Source of the DNA: Deferrisomatales bacterium
GTDB lineage: Bacteria > Desulfobacterota > Deferrisomatia > Deferrisomatales > Deferrisomataceae
Assembly (NCBI GenBank): GCA_024277875.1
Contig: JAJRUI010000107.1
Location: 1-32,000 of the forward strand
Direction: 5' to 3'
DNA: 32,000 bases
Below the pieces are notes generated by a model. The model had not been told where the DNA came from. It searched no databases and was given only the letters and a program-made list of their open reading frames with translations. Below, piece after piece: positions 15,031-22,493 of the stretch; within the stretch, counting starts at the first letter, position 1, and each line of letters opens with the position of its first letter. The position numbers were made by a program, and so were the translations under genes.

Positions 15031-16745
15031 GGCGCACCTCCTGTGGCCGGCCCGGCGGGGGAGGGCCGGAGCGGTCGCCGAAACGTGTGGATCCGCCCGT
15101 CCGGCGTGTACCGGGAGTTCACGAAACAGCGCCACTCGTCCCGGGGCTCCGGGTGGTCCAGGCGGGTCTGGTAGCCGGGCCACCGGGTCTCCTCGCGGGC
15201 CTCCAGGTGGGCCACCACGGCCCGGGCGGTGAGCACCCGGTCGCGCACCTCCGCGGCCAGGAGGCGCTGGTGGGGGTCCCGGCCGCAGAGTTCGGCCAGG
15301 TCGCCCTCAAGGGCCTCCAACTCGGCCCGGGCCTTTGCGAGCCGGCGGCCGTGGAGTTCGTAGAACGTGCTGTGTCCCCCGGCCCACTCGTCCATCACCC
15401 GCTGGAGGCGCTCGGTGGCGTCCGTGGGATCGAGGGCTCCCCCCCGGGCCGCGGGTTGCCCGAGGGCGCGGGCCCGCTCCTCCGTCTGTGCGTCCACGCG
15501 CGGCCCCGGCAGGGGCAGCGCCCCTGCCGCGATGTCGGCTGCTGCCGATCGGGCCGCGATGAACCCCTCCACCCACGCCCCGCTCACGTACTTCTTCGGG
15601 GCACCGCCGGTCACGTCGCCGGCCGCGTACAGCCCGGGCACGGTGGCCCGCCGGCCCCCGTCTACCCACAACCCGCTGCCCGTGTGGCCGCCCAGGATGT
15701 ACGGGCCGCTCGTGGAGATCGTGACGGTCGCGCCGCCGGCGTCCAGGCCCTCGGCCGCCCACAGCGCGACCTGGGCCGGCGTCATGTCCAGGTACGCGCC
15801 GAGGACGTCGTCCCTGCCGCCGGCACCGGTCTGCCCCAGCCGGAGCACCACGGGGCCCCGGCCGGCCTTGCACTCCTCCAGCAGGGCCCGGAGCCGCTGG
15901 GGGGTGGTGAGCCGGTCGGTGTTCCACGCCCGGGCGTACCGGTCGTGGAACCGCTCGCCGAGCAGGTTTTCCTCCCGGCCGCCGAACGTCTGCGCCAGGG
16001 TTCCGGTGGGCGCTGCGGTGTGGAGGATCCGGGTCGGGACGAACCGCATCTCCAGGGTGGTCAACTCGGCGCCGGCCCGCAGGGCCGCTGCGTAGCCCGC
16101 GCCCGTGTTGAACGGGCAGTACCACATCCGGTTGCGGGCGTCGCCCCGGTTCGGAGTCCGGTACAGCCCTGCGGCACCGCCCGTGGCCAGGATCACGGCC
16201 CGCGCCCGGACCTCGAGCAGTTCCCCCGTGCGCACCCCCAGGAAGTAGGCGCCCCGTACCGCGCCGTCCCGGACGCGCAGGTCCACCAGGGCGTGCCTGT
16301 GGACCACCCGGGCCCCGCAGCCCCGTACCCGGCGGGCCAGGATCGGCTTGAGGCTCTCCCCGAAGATCTGTATCGAGCGGGGACCCTTTGGGAGCGGCCG
16401 GCCGCGGCCGTCCCTCGGGATCGGCAGGCCCCACGACTCGACTCGGTGGGTGGCGCCGTTGATCTGCTCGGCCAGGGAGCGCACGAGGTCTTCGCGCATC
16501 ACGCCGTGGGCGTCGCGGCGCACGGAGGCCACGTAGTCGTCCACCGCCACTCCCTCGGGCAGGTACGCGTTGATCGCGTTGAGCCCCATGGCCAGGCAGC
16601 CGGACCGGCTGACGTGGGCCTTGTCCACCAGGGTGACGTCCAGGTGGGGCGCCACCTCCCGGGCCTCCACCGCAGCGGCACACCCGGCCGCACCGCCCCC
16701 CACCACCAGCAGGTCGGTATCCAGGACGTCGACATGCGTTTTCAT
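15018..16745 (-). CDS. AprA-like FAD flavoprotein (adenylylsulfate-reductase alpha family), 575 aa
   Basis: It has the DLLVVGGGAAGCAAA dinucleotide fold. It is colinear with recalled Desulfovibrio AprA through VDKA..RSG...GLNAIN, RMWYCPFNTGAGY (compare RAWYPVWNAGSTY), LEMRFVPTR, GGHTGSG, and the C-terminal EETRWPGY...WRCFVNSRYTPDGRIHTFRRP (compare ESRYPGFY...WKCFVNSKYDP..KIFKKP). It is about 90 aa shorter than canonical AprA. Confidence 0.85.
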   Translation of the reverse strand: MKTHVDVLDTDLLVVGGGAAGCAAAVEAREVAPHLDVTLVDKAHVSRSGCLAMGLNAINAYLPEGVAVDDYVASVRRDAHGVMREDLVRSLAEQINGATHRVESWGLPIPRDGRGRPLPKGPRSIQIFGESLKPILARRVRGCGARVVHRHALVDLRVRDGAVRGAYFLGVRTGELLEVRARAVILATGGAAGLYRTPNRGDARNRMWYCPFNTGAGYAAALRAGAELTTLEMRFVPTRILHTAAPTGTLAQTFGGREENLLGERFHDRYARAWNTDRLTTPQRLRALLEECKAGRGPVVLRLGQTGAGGRDDVLGAYLDMTPAQVALWAAEGLDAGGATVTISTSGPYILGGHTGSGLWVDGGRRATVPGLYAAGDVTGGAPKKYVSGAWVEGFIAARSAAADIAAGALPLPGPRVDAQTEERARALGQPAARGGALDPTDATERLQRVMDEWAGGHSTFYELHGRRLAKARAELEALEGDLAELCGRDPHQRLLAAEVRDRVLTARAVVAHLEAREETRWPGYQTRLDHPEPRDEWRCFVNSRYTPDGRIHTFRRPLRPSPAGPATGGAPCPP

Positions 16746-16802
16746 CCGAGACCCTCGTCGTTGTCGCGGCCGGCCCGCAGGCCCTGCCGCCGGCGGGATA
16801 GG

Positions 16803-16853
16803 CTCAGCAGGTCGCTGAAAAACCCACGGACGGGGTTTTCAGCATCCTGTTAG
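16803..16853. repeat. Palindromic intergenic repeat, copy A (REP-like family)
   Basis: CTCAGCAGGTCGCTGAAAAACCCACGGACGGGGTTTTCAGCATCCTGTTAG. The core stem is CTGAAAAACCC/GGGTTTTCAG with a 7-nt loop. It overlaps the TAA stop of the SiR-like gene and fills the SiR-aprA gap. Confidence 0.55.
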
Positions 16854-18136
16854 TCCCAGGCTGCGATCACCTCCAGCAGTTCGTCCAGGGACGCCCTTTC
16901 CACGACCGCCCGCCCCAGGCCGGTTCCGTCCCGGCGCAACAGGTCGAACCGGGGCGTCCGGTCGCCGGTCGCGTCCCGGACCAGCCCCGAGCACAGCACC
17001 CCGGCGTCCGTCACCTGGGGCTGTGCGCAGGAGTTGGGGCAGCCGCACACGGCCCAGGAAAAGGCACGTCCCCGGGGGCCGAGGCTGTCGAGCACCCGGC
17101 CGGCCACCTCCCGGGTGGGCGCCAGGGCCTTGGGGCAGGTCCGGGCGCCCGGGCACACCTGCATCGCCACGGTTCCGTCGCCGTGCTGCCCGGCCCAGCC
17201 GGCCGCGTCCAGTTCCCGTTCGAGGGCCGGCCGTCCGGCCGGGGACTCGGGGTGCAGGGCCACGTCCTGGGACGGAAGCAGGGTCAGCTGCCCTGCGCAG
17301 CGGCGTTCGGCGATCCTCGCCAGCCGGGAGAACCGGCTGGCGGACAGGTCGCCCGCGAACACCCGCACCACCACGGGGCGGGTCCGGTCCCCGGCCGGCC
17401 GGGGACCGGCGGCCTCTGCCGGCCGAGGTCGCGGCTCCGGTGCCGGCAGTTCCCCGTCCACGAGGGAGAAAAACGCCTCGCGCCCGACCGAGGCGACCAG
17501 GTGCTTGAGCCGTTTTCCGGGCGGCACGTGCTCCCGGTACACGCGCACCACGGCACCGATCACCGGCAGGACCCGCTCCTCCGGCAGCGCGCTGGCGTAC
17601 GGAAGCCCCTCGGCCGGCGCCCGGCCGAGGCCCCCGGCGAGCCACACGTCCCAACGGGCCTGGCCGCCCACCGAGCCCGCGTACACGAGCCCCACGTCCT
17701 GGATCAGGTGCCGGGCGCCGTCGTACCCGGCGTCCACGCCGACCTTGAACTTCTTGGGCAACCCCTCGAACGCCGGGTTTCCCGTGCAGCGCGCGTGGAT
17801 GCAGCGGGCCAGGGCCACAGCAGGGGCGCGGCCGGGGCCTGCCGGCGTGCTCACCGCGACCCCGCGGACCGTGCCGCCGCAGGCGCCCCGGGACGTGAGC
17901 CCGGCCGGGCCGAGGCGGCCCACGGCGTGTTCGAGGCGGTCCCGGCGCAGCCCGTGCAGTTCCACGCTCATCCGGGTGGTCAGGTGCAGGTGCCCGTCGG
18001 CCAGCTGGTCCGCGACCGCGCACAGCGTCCGGACCTGGCCCGCGGCCAGGACGCCCCCGGGCACCTTGACCCGCAGCATGTACAGCCCGGTCTGGGTCTG
18101 CTCGTAGATCCCGTTCGAGCGAAGGTCGGTATCCAT
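16850..18136 (-). CDS. Nitrite/sulfite-reductase-family siroheme [4Fe-4S] hemoprotein (small SiR-like), 428 aa
   Basis: The start was moved to the ATG at 18136; upstream of it lies AT-rich non-coding DNA. The first repeat is GLYMLRVKVPGGVL...LHLTTRMSVELHGL...ACGGTVRGV. The C-terminal cluster-binding motif is CPGARTC ... CGCPNSC (CX5C...CXCX3C). Confidence 0.8.
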   Translation of the reverse strand: MDTDLRSNGIYEQTQTGLYMLRVKVPGGVLAAGQVRTLCAVADQLADGHLHLTTRMSVELHGLRRDRLEHAVGRLGPAGLTSRGACGGTVRGVAVSTPAGPGRAPAVALARCIHARCTGNPAFEGLPKKFKVGVDAGYDGARHLIQDVGLVYAGSVGGQARWDVWLAGGLGRAPAEGLPYASALPEERVLPVIGAVVRVYREHVPPGKRLKHLVASVGREAFFSLVDGELPAPEPRPRPAEAAGPRPAGDRTRPVVVRVFAGDLSASRFSRLARIAERRCAGQLTLLPSQDVALHPESPAGRPALERELDAAGWAGQHGDGTVAMQVCPGARTCPKALAPTREVAGRVLDSLGPRGRAFSWAVCGCPNSCAQPQVTDAGVLCSGLVRDATGDRTPRFDLLRRDGTGLGRAVVERASLDELLEVIAAWD

Positions 18137-18170
18137 CGGTCTCGATAGGTGTAGGGTTTCGGGGTGTATC

Positions 18171-18199
18171 AAGATAGTGTACACTATTTTATATGTCAA
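18171..18199 (-). promoter_or_regulatory. Sigma70-type promoter for the SiR-aprA-aprB operon
   Basis: The minus strand reads TTGACA (18199-18194), N17, TATCTT (18176-18171), about 35 nt upstream of the ATG at 18136, inside a conspicuously AT-rich 154-bp island. Confidence 0.55.
18174..18187. promoter_or_regulatory. Perfect 14-bp palindrome ATAGTGTACACTAT overlapping the promoter spacer and -10 (candidate operator)
   Basis: The sequence is self-complementary, and it overlaps the -10 hexamer of the predicted promoter. Confidence 0.5.
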
Positions 18200-18290
18200 G
18201 AATATGATTTCAAATAGTCGTGATAAAAGATGTGTTTTGCGGGGAGGGGGGGACGGAGCGGTCCGGGCAGGAACTGGGGCGTTCGAGCGG

Positions 18291-19019
18291 TCAGGAGCCG
18301 GGAACCGGGGGCGGGGCGGACGGGCAGTGGTGCTCCCAGCCCAGGATCGTGGCGGCGCCGACGGTGTCGGCGCCGTAGGCGAGGACCCGGACGCCCGGGG
18401 GGAGCTCGGGTTCGATCCGGTCCCACTCGCCGTGGGTGAGGGACGTGCCGCCCACCAGGACCACACCGCAGCGGCGGACCGCCTCGGGCACGGGGGCCAC
18501 CCGGGGTACGGGTCCGCCGGCCGGCCCGGCAGCGGACAGCACCAGCACCGGGTTTTCCGGCAGCAGGGCGTCCGCCATGCACGGGTTGGCCGCGGCTAGA
18601 CACACGCAAGGGCACGCCGGAGGGGGGTGGGCGAGCCGCTCCCGCAGGCGCGCGGAGCACCCGTCGGCCCCGGCCGTTTCGCACAGCAGCACCGGGGGCG
18701 GCCGCTCCCCGGTGAAGGCGAGCACCGCGTTCAGGACGGCCAGCAGCCGGGCCCGCCCCGCGGGGGTGTCGGCGGGCTGCGCGAGCAGCTGGTCCAGGGT
18801 CCCCTCTAACCGGGCCACCAGGGGGGACAGCCCGAACCCCCCGGCGCCGCCCACCGTGGCCCGCAGCACGAAGCGGCCTTCCGGCGGCGGCAGGCAGTGG
18901 AGCCCCGGCCACCGGTCCGGCACGGTGGTCACCCGAACCGGCTCGGAGCCCAGCCGCTCCCCGGCCACCCGGGCCCGCAGCCCGGCCCGCAGCCGTTCGA
19001 ACGCGGGGCGTACGGTCAC
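18291..19019 (-). CDS. Cys-rich hypothetical protein, possibly DUF364/Rossmann-like (putative metal-chelation) family, 242 aa
   Basis: The GTG at 19019 overlaps the TGA of the upstream gene (GTGA). The C-terminal VVLVGGTSLTHGEWDRI...VRVLAYGAD resembles the DUF364 block (D-V-V-x-I-T-G-S-T-L-V-N-G-T-L). Cysteine cluster: CETAGADGC ... CPCVC ... C. The family call is weak. Confidence 0.55.
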   Translation of the reverse strand: MTVRPAFERLRAGLRARVAGERLGSEPVRVTTVPDRWPGLHCLPPPEGRFVLRATVGGAGGFGLSPLVARLEGTLDQLLAQPADTPAGRARLLAVLNAVLAFTGERPPPVLLCETAGADGCSARLRERLAHPPPACPCVCLAAANPCMADALLPENPVLVLSAAGPAGGPVPRVAPVPEAVRRCGVVLVGGTSLTHGEWDRIEPELPPGVRVLAYGADTVGAATILGWEHHCPSAPPPVPGS

Positions 19020-20746
19020 GGCCCGGGCCGTTCGTAGGGCCAGCCCACCACGCCGCCCTCCAGGAACCGCACGTTGTCCAGCCCGGCGCCCTGGAGGATC
19101 CGCTGGCCCTCGTACCCCCGCAGCCCGATCTTGCACAGGAGGACCACCGGCCGGTCCTTCGGGATCTCGTCCGTGCGGGCCCGCAGGGTGCCCAGGGGCA
19201 CCAGCCGGGCCCCGTCGAACGGCAGCGCCCGGTGTTCGGCCGGGCTGCGCACGTCCACGAGCACCGGGGGCTCCCCGGAGCGGCGTTCTTCCCGGTACGC
19301 GGCGGGATCCACCGCGCTGGCCCACCCGTCGAGCTTGTTGCGGGCGGCGTTGGCAGCGGTAAGCAGCAGGTCCATGGGCGGGGCGTAGGGTGGCGCGTAC
19401 ACCAGGTCCAGGTTGGCCACCTGGTCCACGGTCATGCCGGTGGACACCGGGGCCACGGCCGCGTCCACCCGGCGGGCCACGTCCCCCCGGCCCACCCCCT
19501 GGACCCCCAGGACCCGCCGGGACCCCCGGTCCACCACGATCTTGAGGAGGATCGGGGCCGCGTCCTCCATGAAGTGGGGCTTGTCGCCGCCCACCACCAG
19601 GGCGGTCAGCACGTCGAACCCGTGCTGGCGCGCCTCGGCCTCTCCCAGGCCGGTGCGGGCCACGGTGAGGTCGAACAGCCGCATCACCAGGGAACCGGCC
19701 ACCCCAGGGAACGTGTCCACGTCCCCGAGCACCGCGTTGGTGCCAGCCACCCGCCCCTCCTTGTTGGCGGTGGAGCCCAGGGGCACCCAGCACGGTTTGC
19801 CGCTGACCACGTGGACCTTCTCGGCGCAGTCCCCGGCCGCGTAGATGTCGGGGTCGCTGGTCCGCATGTGGGGGTCCACCCGGATCGCTCCGGAGGGCCC
19901 GAGTTCGAGTCCGGCGGCCTCGGCCAGGGCCACCTCGGGCCGCACCCCGGTGGCCACCAGCACCAGGTCTGCGGGCAACTCGCCCGCGGTGGTGCGCACG
20001 GCCGTGGCCCGGGCGCCGTCCCCCACGATCGCCTCCACCGAGGTCCCGGTGAGGATCCGGACCCCCTGGGAGTCGGCGTACCGGGACAGGTGGCCGGCCA
20101 GCTCCGGATCCACCGGCGGGAGCACCTGGGGCAGGCGTTCCACCACGGTCACCAGGTCGCCCCGTTCCCGGAGGGCCTCGGTCACCTCGAGCCCGATCAG
20201 GCCCGCGCCCACCACCACGGCCCGCAGCGGCCGGGCGTCCTGGAGCCCGCCGATGTCCTTGTCCCGCAGCAGTTCGGCGATCTCGTCCAGGGCCGCCCGC
20301 AGGCGGCGGGCGTCCTCGTACGTTTTGAGGAAGAACACGTTGGGCCGGTCCATGCCGGGCACCGGCGGCGCCACCGGCCGGGCGCCGGTGGCGAGCACCA
20401 GCTTGTCGTAGGGCAGGGTGCCGGTCTCGCCGGTCTCCAGGTTGCGCACCGCGACCCGCTTGCTGGCCCGGTCGATCGAGACCGCCTCGGTGCGCAGGAG
20501 CAGCCGCACATCCTTGACGTCGTCGAAGTAGTCCCGGTCCCGCAGCTTGCCGGACGGGGTCTTCATCAGCTCGTCCAGGGCCTTGACCCGGCCGCTCAGG
20601 TAGTACGGGAACCCGCACGCGCCGTAGCTCGCGTGGGGACCCCGTTCGAGCACGGTGATCTCGGCCCCGGGATCCAGGCGGCGGGCGCGGGCCGCCGCCT
20701 TGGGACCGGCCGCCACCCCCCCGATGATCACGATCCGTCTGCCCAC
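19016..20746 (-). CDS. CoA-disulfide-reductase-family FAD/NAD(P) oxidoreductase with C-terminal rhodanese domain (Npsr/CoADR-RHD type), 576 aa
   Basis: The start was moved to the GTG at 20746 (GGGAGGAG 5 nt upstream). Motifs: RIVIIGGVAAGPKAA, the redox Cys context SYGACGFPYYLSG, a second dinucleotide fold VVVGAGLIGLE, AAGDCA, and the rhodanese active-site loop LLCKIGLRG. Confidence 0.85.
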   Translation of the reverse strand: MGRRIVIIGGVAAGPKAAARARRLDPGAEITVLERGPHASYGACGFPYYLSGRVKALDELMKTPSGKLRDRDYFDDVKDVRLLLRTEAVSIDRASKRVAVRNLETGETGTLPYDKLVLATGARPVAPPVPGMDRPNVFFLKTYEDARRLRAALDEIAELLRDKDIGGLQDARPLRAVVVGAGLIGLEVTEALRERGDLVTVVERLPQVLPPVDPELAGHLSRYADSQGVRILTGTSVEAIVGDGARATAVRTTAGELPADLVLVATGVRPEVALAEAAGLELGPSGAIRVDPHMRTSDPDIYAAGDCAEKVHVVSGKPCWVPLGSTANKEGRVAGTNAVLGDVDTFPGVAGSLVMRLFDLTVARTGLGEAEARQHGFDVLTALVVGGDKPHFMEDAAPILLKIVVDRGSRRVLGVQGVGRGDVARRVDAAVAPVSTGMTVDQVANLDLVYAPPYAPPMDLLLTAANAARNKLDGWASAVDPAAYREERRSGEPPVLVDVRSPAEHRALPFDGARLVPLGTLRARTDEIPKDRPVVLLCKIGLRGYEGQRILQGAGLDNVRFLEGGVVGWPYERPGP

Positions 20747-20869
20747 GATGACTCCTCCCGGCGGGCGTCCCCCGCCACACGATGCGAAACAGGCAAGCAA
20801 CGCCCGTTCTGATGCGCTGGCCGGGAAGTAGTCACAGAAAAAAGCGTGAAATCGGGCGGCGGGCCCGGG

Positions 20870-21937
20870 TCAGGCGGGGGGGAGTACCACGGTGAGCAGG
20901 TCGGGCAGGGTGTCGAGAACGAAGTCCGGCCGGTGGGGGCCGAGCCCCCGTAGCACGCTCTCGCCGCCGGACACCACGGCCACCGGCACGCCCGCGGCCC
21001 GGGCCGCGCCCAGGTCGGCCAGGCTGTCCCCGACCATGAGGGCTTCGTCGGCAGGGCAGCCCAGGCGGTCCAGGGCCATCTCGAGCCCGTGGCCGGCCGG
21101 CTTCAGATGCGGGGCGTCGTCCCGGGTGACCACGGCGGCCAGGTGCTGGTCGAGCCCCAGGCGGCCGAGGACCCGGTCCGTGCCCGCCCGGCCGATGTTG
21201 GTGACCAGGGCCAGTCGGCACCCGGCCCGGGACAGGCCAGCCAGGGTGTCCCGGGCGCCCGGTCGCAGACTCCACCGCTGCTCGGCGTCCAGGTCGTACC
21301 GGTCGTAGATCGGCCGCAAGGCCGCCTCGATCCTCTGGCGCAGCGCGCCGGACCCCGCCGCTTCCAGGGCTCTTTGCCGGATCCCGGCGTAGTTCTGCGC
21401 GGCCACCCGGTCCGGCGGGATCCCGAGGGCTGTCACGGCCCGGCGCAGGTCGGCCTCGGCCCGTTCCAGGTCCCACTGGAAGTCCACCAGGGTGCCTTCG
21501 AGGTCGAACAGGACCGCGCGGTGGCGGGGATTGCCTGGAGCGGGGAACAGCAGCTCCAGCGCGTCCCCCTGGGCGAGGTCGAGGGCGCCCCGCAGCCCCA
21601 TCCCGGCCACCACCTCCACCACGTCCTCCGGGTGGCCGGCCACCCGGGGCACCACCACCACGCCCGCGAACACGCCGCCGATCCGGACCCGGTACGCGTC
21701 GGCCGAGCAGAACGCCGGGTCGGGGGGCACCAGCCGGAAGTCCGGCGTCCGGGCCCGGACGGCGGCCCACGCGGCCCGGTCCGCCGGGCCGGCGGGGTGG
21801 AGGTTCAACGTGCCGGGGAACGGGTCGATCCGGGCCCCGGCACGCAACTGCCCGGTCACCCAGTCGAGCCGCACGAAGCCGGCTGCCTCCCGGCAGCCGG
21901 CCCGCACGGTTCCGGTGAGTCGAACGTCAGCGTCCAC
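20870..21937 (-). CDS. Fusion protein: N-terminal archaeal-type (CTP-dependent) riboflavin-kinase-like RibK/DUF120 domain plus C-terminal class-IA HAD phosphatase domain, 355 aa
   Basis: GTG at 21937. The N-terminal GTVRAG..GFVRL...PFPGTLNL...GVVVVPRVAGHPEDVVEVVA...QGDALELLF is colinear with recalled MJ0056. HAD motifs: FDLEGTL (I, D-x-E), LVTN (II), LKP (III), GDSLADLGAA (IV). Confidence 0.78.
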   Translation of the reverse strand: MDADVRLTGTVRAGCREAAGFVRLDWVTGQLRAGARIDPFPGTLNLHPAGPADRAAWAAVRARTPDFRLVPPDPAFCSADAYRVRIGGVFAGVVVVPRVAGHPEDVVEVVAGMGLRGALDLAQGDALELLFPAPGNPRHRAVLFDLEGTLVDFQWDLERAEADLRRAVTALGIPPDRVAAQNYAGIRQRALEAAGSGALRQRIEAALRPIYDRYDLDAEQRWSLRPGARDTLAGLSRAGCRLALVTNIGRAGTDRVLGRLGLDQHLAAVVTRDDAPHLKPAGHGLEMALDRLGCPADEALMVGDSLADLGAARAAGVPVAVVSGGESVLRGLGPHRPDFVLDTLPDLLTVVLPPA

Positions 21938-21946
21938 GCCCGCGGC

Positions 21947-22465
21947 TCAGTGCGGGTAGGGCGCGTGGGAGTCCGGCAGGGGGGTCTCCAGGGGCCAGCT
22001 CTCCCCCCGGTACCGGATCACGGGTTTGGCCCCGTCCCGGGTCCACCACCCGGTCACGAGTCCCAGGAACAGGTCGTGGGTGCCGCAGGCGGCCACCTTG
22101 AGCACCCGGCACTCGTACGAGGCCGCGGCCCCCCCGACCCGGGGGCTCTCGACGCTGTCGCTAGGGACGAGTTCCAGGCCGAGTTTCCGGAGCTTGTCCG
22201 GGTCGTTCCCCGGGATCGTGCCCGCCAGGATCGCCTGGCGGTCCTGGGCCGCGTCCACCACGTTGAGGGTGAAGTTGCGCCCCTCGTTCACCAGCCGGTG
22301 GGCCGTGGACCCGGGCTTCAGGTACACCACCGCGATCACCGGGTCGTAGGACACCCACATGGTGGTCACGGCCACCACGTCGGTGGCACCGCCGGCCCGG
22401 ACGGCCAAGAACACCTCGGGGCACGGCAGGCTAGAGAGCAGCTCGTCTCGTCGGGCGGATTGCAT
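21947..22465 (-). CDS. Flavin-reductase-like (FMN-binding split-barrel) protein, 172 aa
   Basis: The ATG at 22465 has GAGGAG 5 nt upstream, 28 nt after the ppsB stop. The pattern VVAVTTMWVSYDPVIAVVYL...STAHRLVNEGRNFTLNV...D is typical of PF01613-type flavin reductases. Confidence 0.75.
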   Translation of the reverse strand: MQSARRDELLSSLPCPEVFLAVRAGGATDVVAVTTMWVSYDPVIAVVYLKPGSTAHRLVNEGRNFTLNVVDAAQDRQAILAGTIPGNDPDKLRKLGLELVPSDSVESPRVGGAAASYECRVLKVAACGTHDLFLGLVTGWWTRDGAKPVIRYRGESWPLETPLPDSHAPYPH

Positions 22466-22493
22466 GGTCGTCTCCTCGGGCGCGGCCGCCGGT

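Noticed and set aside
16850-18136. Alternative identity of the SiR-like protein as CobG (precorrin-3B synthase), which has a similar size and domain pair
   Set aside because: CobG is an oxygen-dependent enzyme, and no cobalamin genes are nearby. The adjacency to AprA/AprB homologues favours a sulfite-type substrate. CobG cannot be formally excluded without a profile or phylogeny check.
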